Positions 22,911 through 35,220 of a stretch of 64,000 nt of DNA are shown piece after piece. Source of the stretch: Squalus acanthias (taxonomy: Eukaryota); contig CM059432.1 in the NCBI GenBank assembly GCA_030390025.1, forward strand, positions 27,282,001 through 27,346,000, written 5' to 3'. The translations under genes and the position numbers were made by a program. Position 1 is the stretch's first letter. Every line of letters begins with the position of its first letter. A model generated the notes under the pieces. It searched no databases and was not told the origin of the DNA. It saw nothing but the letters and a program-made list of their open reading frames with translations.

Positions 22911-24174
22911 ATTGTCTGCATCGTCCCTCTCTTTTGTGAAGACAGACGCAAAGTATTCATTAAGAACCATACCCACGTCTTCTGCCTCCACACACAAGCT
23001 TCCTTTTTGTTCTCTAATAGGCCCTACTCTTTCTTTAGTTATCCTCTTGCTCTTTATGTATTTATGAAACATTTTTGGTTTTCCTTGATTTTACTTGCCA
23101 ATCTTCTTTCATGCCCTCTCTTTGCTTTCCTAATTTCCTTTTTAATTTCACCCTTGCACTTTCTATACTCCTCAAGGCTTTCTGCAATATTTAGCTTTCG
23201 GTATCTGACAAAGATTCCCTTTTTTGCCTTATCCTATTCTGTATGCTCCTTGACTTTCAGGGGGCTCTAGATTTGAGAGTCCCACCTTTTTTCTTTGAGG
23301 GAACATATTTGCTCTGAACCCTTGAAGACACTGAGTTGCCTTCAAGTAGCTGTTTCCAGTCCACTTTTGCTAAATCACATCTCAGCTTAGTAAAATTGGC
23401 TTTTCCCCAATCGAGAACTTTTATTCCTGATCTATCTTTGTCCTTTTCCATAACTATGCTAAATCTAACTGAATTATGATCACTACCACCAAAATGCTCT
23501 CCCACTGATACCCTTTCCACCTGTCCAGTTTCGTTCCCTAAAACTAAGTCCAGAACCGCGGCCTCTCTTGTTGGGCTTGCTACGCACTGGCTAAAATGTT
23601 CTCCTCAATGCATATTAAGAATTCTGCACCCTGTATACCTTTTACACTGATTCTATCCCAGTTAATGTTAGGGTAGTTGAAATCCCCCACTATTACTGCC
23701 CTATTGTTTTTGCACTTCTCATTAATTTACCTGCATATTTGCTCTTCTATCTCCCTCTGACTGTTTGGGGGTCTATAGTACACTCCCAGCAGTGTAATTG
23801 GCCCTATTTTTGTTCTTCAGTTCACCCCATATGGCGTCATTTGATGATCCTTCTAACATATCATCCCGCCTCACAAGCTGTAATTATTTCTTTAACCAAT
23901 ATTGCGACCCCCCCCTCCTTTTTTTTGTCCCCCTCTCTATCTCATCTGAAAACCCTGTAAGCAGGAATGTTGAGCTGCCATTCCTACCCTTCTTTCAGCC
24001 ATGTTTCAGTAATAGCTATGATTATCATACTTTCACATGTCTACCTGTGCCCTCAGCTCATCTGCCTTCTGAATCTACACTCAGGTTCCCACCCCCTGCT
24101 AAGCTAGTTTAAACCTTCCCTAACAGCACTAGCATATCTCCCCTCCAGGATAATGGTCCTGGCCCTGTTGAGGA

Positions 24175-24432
24175 ACAGATGGGAAAAACTTTCTTATGCA
24201 AGGCATGGTTAGGAATTGGAATGCACTGCCTGATATGGTGATTGGAAACAGTTTCATTAGTAGCCTTCAAAAAGGAATTGGATAAATACTTGTGGGAGAA
24301 AAATATTACAGGGTTTTGGGGAAAGAGCAGCTAGTGGAACTAACTGGACCACTCTTCAAAAAAGCCATTGCAGACTCGGATAGGCAGGCTGGCCTCCTTC
24401 TGTGCTGTACTATTCCATGATTTTATGATTCT
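24175..24432 (+). mobile_element. CR1 3' end fragment
   Basis: ...TGGAATGCACTGCCTGA...GCTGTACTATTCCATGATTTTATGATTCT tail. Confidence 0.75.
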
Positions 24433-25524
24433 GTCCTCCCATGTGGCGAGGTGTGGCATGAATTATTGCTTACTATGTTATGACCGTTTCAACTCTCTCC
24501 CAAGTCTGGGAAACACAGGTACGGATGTGGGGGTTGACTGGAGGATTTAATTGATTTTCTTCTTATTGGTTGTGCAAGGTTTGCAGCTAGGTGGAGCTTG
24601 TGTTGTGTCTGGCTAAAACCATCCTCTATCTGAACACCGTAACAAGCGGAGCGCGGCGCTTCTCATGTCGGTGCTGAGAAACGATTCTGATACATTTATT
24701 TTTGATGAAACTGCTCACTCGCCGTTGCTGCAAGATTTTCTTTGTTTTACGTACGGCTTCTCTCCCCTGAAAAAAAGACAAGTGGGCCATTCTTCAGAAG
24801 AATCGAAACTTGGCAAGAGCATCATATCGGTAGGGTAAGTTTTTGTTTGAAGGCATGGGAAAAAGCTCTTCTTTCGGAACCGTTCGCCTTTGCAAAAGAA
24901 AAATCGAGTCGTTTTGCAACCAGAATGTTTTAATTGCTAACAAAAAAAATCTGACGCCGGTCAATTTATATATATTCAAATTGTTGTAAACTTTTTTTGG
25001 GGGCGAGGGAGGAATTATGAATTCAGAGATTAATGTCAGAGATCGTAAGCCTTTATCCGATTTTTTTTCGTTATCAATTTAATTTAAAAAAAACAACGGG
25101 GAAGTCGTCGATTCTTTATATTAAAGCAGCTCCAAACTTCTCAAGTGCTGTGTCCCCCTTTCATTTTGCACCAGAAAAGTGGGGAGAATGGGGAGGGGAA
25201 GAGAAGACTTGGTAATTAAAAAGAGCCGGTTTTTTTTTTATAGCCCTGGATGAAATAACAAATGGGATTGGGTTATGATTCTACAATCTGCACGATGTTG
25301 GCTGGATTAATGCGTTAAATTTCGTGGAATGTCTTGGCATATAATGGTTGTACATGCTTAGGGAGCCACTCCTGGGATATCTGGGAAATGTCCTTAAATC
25401 TATTACTAATCTGGATCCCCATGCGCAGGGTAATAGTTTGCCGCAGTCGGACTTTAAAGACAAGGCTGGCAATCAGGGGCACTTTTCGGATTATGCCCTG
25501 AGCAGATCCAGTGATAAATATTTA

Positions 25525-25975
25525 AAGAAAGAGAGATCTTGCATTTATATAGTCTTTCGCGACCAAAGCGCTTTACAGCCAATTAAGTACTTTTTTCAAG
25601 TATAGTCACTGCTGTAATGTAGCAAATGCAGCAGCCAATACGCACACAGCAAGCCCCCACAAACAGAAGCAGAATAAATAACTAGATCATCTGTTTTTGG
25701 TGTTGGCTGAGGGATAAATATTGGTCAGGACACAAGGGAGAACTCCCTTGCTCTTCTTCCAATAGTACCCTGGGATCTTTTACTTCCATCTGAGAAGGCA
25801 GATAGGGCCTCAGTTTAATGTCCCATCTGAAAGACGGCACCTCCGACAGCGCAAGACTCCCTCAGTACTGCACTGGGAGTGTCAGCCTAGATTACGTGCT
25901 CAAGACTCCGGAGTGGGGCTTGAAGCCACAACCTTCTGACTCAGAGGCGAGAGTGCTACCGCTGAGGCAAGGCCA
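25525..25975 (-). mobile_element. tRNA-derived SacSINE1/DeuSINE-like SINE
   Basis: rc of the 46727-47120 element; tRNA-like head and L2-like tail. Confidence 0.8.
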
Positions 25976-26189
25976 TCCAGTAAAATGTCAGGCCCCCAAA
26001 GCGAACCTTTGCACAGGGCCCCAGCAAGGCAATCGCTGCACCTGGTGACTGTTGGCTAGATTAGTGAACAATTGGTGTGGAGCTGATTCTTTCAGCGGAG
26101 TCATTAACCTGCTTAAAACAAATGGGTTGGTGCCTGGGTTAAATTGGCAGACAGAGAAATATTATAATGCGTGAAGCATTTTTCTGCTT

Positions 26190-26795
26190 TTTAAAAAAAT
26201 TCATTCACAGTATGTGGGTGTCGCAGGCAAGGCCAGCATTTATTGGCCTTGAGATGGTGCCCTTGATCTGCCTTATACAACTGAGTGTCTTGCTAAATAA
26301 CAACAGAAAACGCTGGAAAAACTCAGCAGGCAAGGCAGCATCCGTGGAGAGAGAAACGAAGACCTGAAACGTTAACTCTGTTTCTCTCTTCATGGATGCT
26401 GCCTGGCCTGCTGAGTTTTTCCAGTGTTTTCTGTTGTTATTTCGGATTTCCAGCATTCGCAGTATTTTGCTATTGTATGAGTGTCTTGCTAGGCAATTTC
26501 AGAGGGCTGTTAAGAGTCAACCACATTGCTGTGGGTCGGGAGTCACATATCGGCCAGACCGGGTAAGGACGGCAGATTTCCTTCCCTAAAGGACATTAGT
26601 GAACCAGATGGGTTTTTCCGACAATCCGGTAGTTTAATGGTCACCATTACTGATACTAGCTTTCTATTCCAGATTTATTTAATTGAATGAATTTAAATTC
26701 CCCAGCTTCCGTGGTGGGATTTTGAACTCATGACCCCAGATCATTAGTCCAGGCTTCCGGATTACTAGTCCAGTAACCATTATGCTACCGTACCC
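26190..26795 (-). mobile_element. tRNA-derived SINE sharing its 3' tail with LINE family X
   Basis: Head rc GGTAGCATAATGGTT...GAGTTCAAAATCCC (A/B box-like); tail rc AATAAATGCTGGCCTTGCC...CCCACAT. Confidence 0.75.
26296..26477. mobile_element. Penelope-like family 2 mini fold-back
   Basis: Inverted copy plus forward copy of the 3' end seen at 60425-60539; TSD TGAGTGTCTTGCTA (26282-26295, 26478-26491). Confidence 0.9.
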
Positions 26796-27124
26796 TGCTC
26801 TTGTCCCTAAAAATGATTTCCACCCTATAAGCATCAAAGCTATGAGCTGGTGGCACCCAGATCTAGCAAGACCCACTCATTAGGGGCGACAAAGGGTGGC
26901 AGTCATTTTGGTTTAGAAAAAATATGTTTTGTGCATTGTCACTTTTAAAAATGAGTCTTGAGGGGAGGTTGTATTTGTGCATGAGAAAGAGCTGGTGCAG
27001 ACTCAATGGCCTGAATGACCTTCTGTGCTGTACTATTCTATGATATCCATATTTTTTGCATGATTTCATACGAAGATACAAAATCTAATGTAAGCAAAAG
27101 GCGTAACTGATCTAACTACTCTGA

Positions 27125-27369
27125 CAGCAATAACTTGTATATAGTGCCATTAAAGTAGTAAAACATCCCAAGGTGCTTCACAGGAGCGTTATTAAAACAA
27201 AATTTGATACAAAGCCACATAAAGAGGTATTAGGACAGGTGGTCAAAGAGGAGGTTTCAAGGAGCGTCTTAAAGGAGTAAAGAGAGGTAGAGGCAGAGAG
27301 GTTTAGGCAGGGAATTCCAGAGCTGAGGGTCTAGCCAGCTGAAGCACGGCCACCAATGGTTGAGCAATG
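27125..27369 (-). mobile_element. L2 LINE 3' fragment
   Basis: Similar to 35221-35485. Confidence 0.8.
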
Positions 27370-30300
27370 GTGTGGAGGACGAATTCTTGGAATGCATGCG
27401 AGATGGTTTCCTGGATTAGTATGTGGAGGAACAGACTATTCTAGATCTGGTACTGTGTAATGAGAAAGGGCTCATCAATAATCTTGTGGTAAAGGGGCCT
27501 TTAGGGGCAAGTGACCATAATATGATTGAATTTTATATTAAGTTTGAGAGTGATGTAGTCCAATCTGAAACTAAGGTCTTCAATCTAAACAGAGGAAACT
27601 ACAAGGGTATGAGGGACAAGTTGGCCATGGTAGATTGGTAGACTACACTAAAAGGTATGAAGGTGGACATACAATGGCTAACATTCAAGGAAATAATGCA
27701 TAATTTGCAACAAACATATATTCCTCTAGGGCATAAAAACCCAAAAGGCAAAGTGATCCAACCATGGCTAACAAAAGAAATTAAAGCTAGTATTAAGTCA
27801 GAGGAGGAAGCTTATAAAGATGCCAGAAAAAGCAGTCTTCCTGAGGATTGGGATCTTTTTAGAAATCAGCAAAGGGGGACCAAGAAATTGATAAAGAAAG
27901 GGAAAATGGAACATGAGCACAAACTAGCGAAAAATATAAAAACGGATTGTAAAAGCTTCTATCTGAAAAGGAAAAGACTGGCGAAGGTAAATGCAGGTCC
28001 TTTACAGTAAGAGACGGGAGAATTTATAATGGGGAATGAGGAAATGGCAAGGAAATTAAATAAATACTTTGTTTCTGTCTTCACGGAGGAAGACACAAAA
28101 AACCTCCCAGAAATATGAGAAAACCAAGGGTGTGGTGAGAATGATGAACTTAAAGAAATTATTATTAGTAAATATACAGTACTAGCAAAATTAATGGGAC
28201 TAAAAGTTGATAAATCCCAAGGACTGGATGACCGACATCCTAGGGATTTGAAAGAGGTGGCCATTGGGATAGGGGATGCATTGGTTGTCATCTTCCAAAA
28301 TTCTATAGATTCTGGAATGGTTCCTGCAGATTGGAGGATAGCAAATGTAACCCCGCTATTTAAGAAAGGTGGGAGAGAGAAAATGGGGAACTACAGACCT
28401 GTTAGCCTCACATCAGTAGTTGGGGAAAATTTTTTTTTAAATTCGTTTATGGGATCAGGGCGTCGCTGGCAATGCCAGCATTTATTGCCCATCCCGAGTT
28501 GCGCTTGAGAAGATGGTGGTGAGCCGCCTTCTTGAACCACTGCAGTCTGTGTGGTGATGGTACTCCCACAGTGCAGTTCGGTGGGAGTTCCAGGAGTTTG
28601 ACCCAGCGACGATGAAGGATCGGCGATATACTTCTAAGTCAGGATGGTGTGTGACTTGGAGGGAAACTTGGAGGCGGTGGTGTTCCCATGCGCCTGCTAC
28701 CCTTGTCCTTCTAGGTGGAAGAGGTCGCGGGTTTGGGAGGTGCTGCCGAAGAAGCCTTGGCGAGTTGCTGCAGTGCATCTTGTAGATGGTACACACTGCA
28801 GCCACGGTACGCCGGTGGTGGAGGGAGTGAATGTTTAAGGTGGTGGATGGGGTGACAATCAAACAGGCTGCTTTGTCCTGGATGGTGTCGAGCTTCTTGA
28901 GTGTTGTTGGAGCTGCACTAATCCAGGCAAGTGGAGAGTATTCCATCACACTCCTTACTTGTGCCTTGTGGATGGTGGAAAGGCTTTGGGGAGTCAGGAG
29001 GTGAGACACTCGCCGCAGAATACCTAGCCTCTGACCTGCTCTTGTTGCCACATTATTTATGTGGCTGGTCCAGTTAAGTTTCTGGTTAATGGTGACCCCC
29101 AGGATGTTGATAGTGGGGAATTTGGCGATGGTAATGCCATTGAATGTCAAGGGGAGGTGGTTAGCCTCTCGCTTGTTACCTGCCACTTATCAGCCCAAGC
29201 CTGAACGTCGTCCAGGTCTTGTTGCATGCGGGCATGGACTGCTTCATTATCTGTGAAGTTGCGAATGGCGCTGAACACTGTGCAGTCATCAGCGAACATC
29301 CCCATTTCTGACCTTATGTTGGAGGGAAGGTCATTGATGAAGCAGCTGAAGATGGTTAGTCCCAGGACACTGCCCAGAGGAACTCCTGCAGCGATGTCCT
29401 GGGGCTGTGATGATTGACCTTCAACCACCACAACCATCTTCCTTTGTGCTAGGTATGACTCCAGCCAGTGGAGCGTTTTCCCCCTGATTCCCATTGACTT
29501 CAGTTTTACTAGGGCTCCTTGATGCCAGACTCGGTCAAATGCTGCCTTGATGTCAAGGGCAGTCACTCTCACCTCACCTCTGGAATTCAGCTCCTTTGTC
29601 CATGTTTGGACCAAGGCTGTAATGAGGTCGGGAGCCGAGTGGTCTTGGCAGAAGCCAAACTGGGCATCAGTGAGGAGGTTATGGGTGAGTAAGTGCCGCT
29701 TGATAGCACTGTCGATGACACCTTCCATCACTTTGCTGATGATTGAGAGTAGACTAATGGGGCGGTAATTGGCTGGTTGGATTTGTCCTGATTTTTGTGG
29801 ACAGGACATACCTGGGCAGTTTTCCACATTGTCGGATAGATGCCAGTGTTGTAGCTGTACTGGAACAGCTTGGCTAGAGGCATGGCTAGTTCTGGAGCAC
29901 AAGTCTTCAGCACAATAGCCGGGATGTTGTCGGGGCCCATAGCCTTTGCTGTATCCAGTGCGCTCAGCCGTTTCTTGATATCACGTGGAGTGAATCTATG
30001 CTGGAATCTATTATAAAGGATGCAATAACTGGGCACTTAGAAACTAATAGTAAGATTGGGCAGAGTCAACATGGATTTATGAAAGGGAAATCCTGTTTGA
30101 CAAACCTATTGGAGTTCTTTGAGCATGTAACTAGTAGAGTAGACAAAGGGGAACCGGTAGATGTGGTGTATTTAGATTTTCAGAAGGCCTTCGATAAGGT
30201 CCCACACAAGAAGTTGGTGAACAAAATTAGGGCACATGGAATTGGGGGTAATATACTAGCATGAATTGAGAATTGGTTAACAGACAGAAAACAAAGAGTG

Positions 30301-31362
30301 GGGATAAACGGGTCTTTTTCAGGATGGCAGGCTGTGACTAGTGGGGTACCGCAAGGATCGGTGCTTGGGCCCCAGCTATTCACAATCTACATCAATGATT
30401 TGGATGAGGAGACTAAATGTAACATTTCCAAATTTGCTGATGATACAAAGCTAGGTGGCAGTGTCAGTTGCGAAGAGGATGTGAAAAGACTTCAAGGGGA
30501 TCTCGACAGGCTCAGTGAGTGGGCGAGAACATGGCAGATGGAATATAATGTGGATAAATGTGAAGTTATCCACTTTGGTAGAAACAACAGAAAGGCAGAG
30601 TATTTCCTAAATGGTGAAAGATTGGGGAATGCAGATGCTCAAAGGGACCTGGGTGTCCTTGTACATGAGTCACTGAAAGTGAATGTGCAGGTGCAGCAAG
30701 CCATTAGGAAGGCAAATGGTATGCTGGCCTTCATTACAAGAGGATTTGAGTACAGGAGTAAATAAGTCTTACTCCAATTATATAGGGCCTTGGTGAGACC
30801 ACACCTGGAGTACTGTGTACAATTTTGGTCTCCTTACCTAAGGAAGGATATACTTGCCATAGAGGGAGTGCAATGAAGGTTCACAAGATTGATTCCTGGG
30901 ATGGCGGGACTGTCGTATGAGAAGAGATTGAGTAAACTAGGCCTGTATTCTCTTGAACTCAGAAGAATGAGAGGGGATCTCATTGAAGTATACAAAATTA
31001 TTACAGGGCTTGATAGGGTGGATGCTGGGAGAATGTTTCCTTTGGCTGGGGAGTCTAGAACCAGGGGCCACAGCCTCAGGATAAAGGGTAGGCCATTCAG
31101 GACTGAGATGAGAAGAAATTTCTTCACACAGAGGGTGGTGAATCTTTGGAATTCTCTACCCCAGAGGGTTGTGGAGGCTCAGTCATTGGGTATATTCAAA
31201 ACAGAAGTCGATAGATTTCTGACCAGTAAGGGCATCAAGGGATATGGCGATAGGGCCGGTGAATGGAGTTGAGGCAAAAGATCAGCCATGATCTCATTGA
31301 ATGGTGGAGCAGGCTCGAAGGGCCAAATGGCCTACTCCTGCTCCTATTATATTCTTATGTTC
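27370..31362 (+). mobile_element. CR1 ORF2 pseudogene interrupted by a family X LINE
   Basis: ORFs 27423-28430 and 29998-31272 are collinear EN/RT pieces with many stops. Confidence 0.9.
28428..29996 (-). mobile_element. CR1-group LINE family X, 5'-truncated
   Basis: YRPISLLS, QFGF, LDIKAAFDRVWH, MFADD. Confidence 0.9.
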
Positions 31363-31369
31363 TAATTAA

Positions 31370-31950
31370 TGTCAGGGATGCTCAAGAGACCAGAATTAGA
31401 GAAACGCAGCTATCTCAAGGGATTATAGGGCTGGAGGAGATTACAGAGTTAGGGAGGGGCGAGTCCATGGAGGGATTTGAAAACAAGATTGAGCATTTTG
31501 AAATCGATGCATTGCTTAACAAGGAGCACAGGGGAGATGGGTGAGCGGGTCTTGGTGCAAGTTAGGACATGGGCAGCAGAGTTTTGTTGGATCTCAAGTT
31601 ACATAGGGTAGAACATGGGACGCCGGCCATAGTCAAGTCATGGATGAGGGTTTCTGCAGCGGATGAGCAGCGTCAGGTGATGTTACGGAGGTGGAAATAG
31701 ATGGTCTTAGTGATGGCGCGGATATATGTTCGGAGGCTCATTTCAGAGTCAGATATAACACCAAGGTTGCGAACAGTCGGGTTCAGTCACAGACAGATGC
31801 CAGGGAGAGGGATGGAGTCGATGGCTAGGGTATGGAGTTTGTGGCGGGGACCAAAGATAATGGCTTTGGTCTTCCCAATGTATAGTTGGAGGAAATTTCT
31901 GATCATCCAGAACTGGATGTCAGACCAGCAGTCTGACAATTTAGGAACCA
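31370..31950 (-). mobile_element. L2 LINE fragment
   Basis: Similar to 35495-36130; KLSDC..DIQFWM..NFLQL. Confidence 0.8.
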
Positions 31951-31993
31951 TGGATACCTTGTGCAAAATATAGGCATAGAAAATCTGGCATGC

Positions 31994-33248
31994 CGGGTCG
32001 GTGCGATCGGTGACCGGGTCGGGGGGGATTGGTGACCGGGTCGGGGGGATCCGTGATCGGGTTGGGGGGATCGGTGTCTGGGTCGGGGGGATCGGTGACT
32101 GGGTCGGGGGGATCCGTGTCTGGGTCGGGGGGATCCATGACTGGGTCGGCGCGATCGGTGACCGGACCAGGGGGATCGGTGATCGTGTCGGTGCGAACGG
32201 AGACCGGTGACCGGTGACCGGGTTGGGGGGGATCGGTGACAGGGTCGGGCGGATCGGTGATCGTGTCGGGGAGATCGGTGACCGGGTCGGGGGGATCGGT
32301 GACCGGGTCAGTGCGATCGGTGACTGGGTCGGGGGGATCGGTGACTGGGTCGGGGGGATCGGTGACCGGGTCGGTGGGATCGGTGACCGTGTCGGGGGGA
32401 TCGGTGACAGGGTCGGTGCGAACGGAGACCGGTGACCGGGTTGGGGGGGATCGGTGACAGGGTCGGGCGGATCGGTGACCGTGTCGGGGGGATCGGTGAC
32501 AGGGTCGGGGGGATCGGTGACCGGGTCGATGGGATCAGTGACCGGGTCGGGGGGATCGGTGACCGGGTCGGTGCGAACGGAGACCGGTGACCGTGTCGGG
32601 GGGATCGGTGACCGGGTCGGTGCGATCGGTGACCGGGTCGGGGGGATCGGTGACCGGGTCGGTGGGATCGGTGACTGTGTCGGGGGGATCGGTGACAGGG
32701 TCGGGGGGATCGGTGACCGGGTCGATGGGATCGGTGACCGGGTCGGGGGGATCGGTGACTGGGTCAGGGGGATCGGTGACCGGGTCGGGGGGATTGGTGA
32801 CCTGGTCGGTGGGATCGGTGACCGGGTCGGTGCGAACGGTGACCTGGTCGGGGGGGTTCGGTGACCGGGTCGGGGGGGATCGGTGACCGGGTCGGGGGAT
32901 CGGTGACCGGGTCGGTGGGATCGGTGACCGTGTCGGGGGGATCGGTGACAGGGTCGGTGCGAACGGAGACCGGTGACCGGGTTGGGGGGGATCGGTGACA
33001 GGGTCGGGCGGATCGGTGACCGTGTCGGGGGGATCGGTGACAGGGTCGGGGGGATCGGTGACCGGGTCGATGGGATCAGTGACCGGGTCGGGGGGATCGG
33101 TGACCGGGTCGGTGCGAACGGAGACCGGTGACCGGGTTGGGGGGGATTGGTGACAGGGTCGGGCGGATCGGTGACCGGGTCGAAGGGATCGGTGACCGGG
33201 TCGGTGCAATCGGTGACCGGGTCGGAGGGATTGGTTGATGGGTCGGGG
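31994..33248. repeat. G-rich 21-bp minisatellite (~60 units)
   Basis: Consensus GGGTCGGGGGGATCGGTGACC with variant units. Confidence 0.97.
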
Positions 33249-34309
33249 AGTGGCGTGTCCCATATTCTTTTAATGTGGGGTCCTGCTGCTCCCAGCCCCA
33301 TAAGTATGGGGGGAGCCTTCCTGTTGGTTGGCTCTACGTTCTTCTGTACGAGTTCAGCATGTGGCGATCAGTGCTGGGGCTTTCGAAAATCAGTGCTGGG
33401 GCCCTGCAAGACATGTTGGACCATCATTTACATAAATTATTTCCAGCTTTGAATGTTCCCAACGTGCACTCTTGACGCCAGCCCAACCACCTTATCGGGG
33501 GCCGTGTACTTCCAGCCCAAAATGTGCGCGTGCTTCCTCTAATATTGAAGGCTTAGTAGGCCACTTAGTGCCCGACGAACGGGCGTTGCACAGCCAAATT
33601 TTCAGGCACTACACTCCCAGCCATGTAATCTCCTGGGCGAGGTATACCCATAACACACAAGGTACATTTTTTTATCAGCTTGCAATCTTATTGATTATAA
33701 ATACCCCTCTTGCCATTTGCCCAATGTTAGCAGCTGTGCTTGGTGCACTATGTAATGTGGCACTTTCTTTTACTGATAGCCTTTACTGTCCAATAACTTA
33801 TACTGTAGTGCCAGTAGATAAAGTAAATTAAATTAACACTTCATGCTCTCAGATGGTACAACAAGCCCAGAAAACGCTGGTGATGCTCAGCATACGAAAG
33901 AGAGAAATAGGTTACTGTTTTGGGTGAAACCTTTCATCAGAGTGGGCTTTAGAAAGTAAATCCCTGTTTAATCAATGGAATATTAAATAATCTTTAAGAT
34001 ATTGGTATTTTGCCAACTGCTCCTAAAGCTTTACATAATAAAAGATAGAAAACATTTTACATATTGGCCTATCACATTTCTCTGAAACCATTCAAAGTTC
34101 TTTACGAACAATAAATTCATTTGAATTTGATTGCTGTATTCGGCAAACTTGGCAGCAAGATCCTGAAATATGAGATGAATGACCAGTTAATCTGATCTTG
34201 ATAGTGTTGGTGATGGAGTGACTCATATAATTCCTTTTTAGTGAATGTTTCTCCTTTTTTTAAATTTAAGTATTTCATAAAATCAAGGAAGCGTTGCCCA
34301 GTGTGGAAA

Positions 34310-34690
34310 TTAGGGAGTGAGCTGATCGAGACATTTAAAATGTTAAAAGGATTCGATAGGGTAGATATGGAGAAACTATTTCCTCTGGTGGGGAAATCAA
34401 GAACAAGGGGACTTAATCTTAAAATTAGAACCAGGCCATTCAGGAGCGAAATCAAGAAGCACTTTTTCACACAAAGGTTAGAAATCTGGTACTCTCTCCC
34501 CTAAAAGGCTGTGGATGCTGGAACAATTGCAGCTTTAAAGACTAAGATAGATAGAATTTTGTTAGGTAAGGATATCAAGGGATATGGAGTTAAGGTGGGT
34601 AAATGGAGTTGAGGTGCAGATCAGCCATGATCTAATTGAATGGCGGAGCAGGCTCGAGGGGCTGAATGGCCCACTCCTGTTCTTATGTGT
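34310..34690 (+). mobile_element. CR1 3' fragment
   Basis: LIETFKMLKGFDRVD...RTRG. Confidence 0.85.
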
Positions 34691-34779
34691 TCGTGGATTT
34701 CCCGTGGTTACGATCGCAACAAAGAGTTGTTAGTCCTGCAACAATAACCTCCGCGTGATTCAGGCCTGAGTGGTGTAAC

Positions 34780-34943
34780 AGTTTAACGTCTCATCTGAAA
34801 GACGGCACCTCCAACAGTGCAAGACTCTCTCAGTACTGCACTGGGAGTGTCAGCCTAGATTACGTGCTCAAGTCCCTGGAGTGCAACTTGAGGCCACAAC
34901 CTTCTGACTCAGAGGCGAGAATGCTACCACTGAACCAAGGCCA
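34780..34943 (-). mobile_element. SacSINE1-like SINE 5' part
   Basis: Matches 25810-25975. Confidence 0.75.
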
Positions 34944-35220
34944 TCAACAAGCTTTGGTATACATTGACTAATAACAGTTATACAACTGTTCTACAGTATT
35001 ACATTAAATGGCAAGCGATTAATACAACCCGTTTGCTCCACAAAGTCCCGTTCAAGCTGATCAGATGTTATCTTTCATGGGTCACCATTACGGTGAAAGG
35101 ACTTCCGACTATCCACTAGAACACTCTAACGTTTGGAGGAAACAGGTTCTATTATACTATTCTGCTTCACCTACGCATAGCAGTATTCCACCAAGCTGAC
35201 ACCACATTTGAGGTGTTTAC

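Larger units (their letters stand above)
15220..24170 (-). mobile_element. Long CR1 (host of the nest) interrupted by Penelope B, an LTR, a second CR1 and MITEs
   Basis: Collinear ORF2 pieces at 15487-16658, 18347-18496, 22096-22152, 22911-24170 (SDHN endonuclease piece 23257-23520). Confidence 0.85.

Noticed and set aside
31787..33301. 504-aa Pro/Thr/Ser heptad-repeat ORF and overlapping ORFs
   Set aside because: By-product of a stop-free 21-bp minisatellite, running into an L2 fragment
33868..33945. Additional hammerhead in a Penelope 3' remnant
   Set aside because: Too decayed; GAAA core lost
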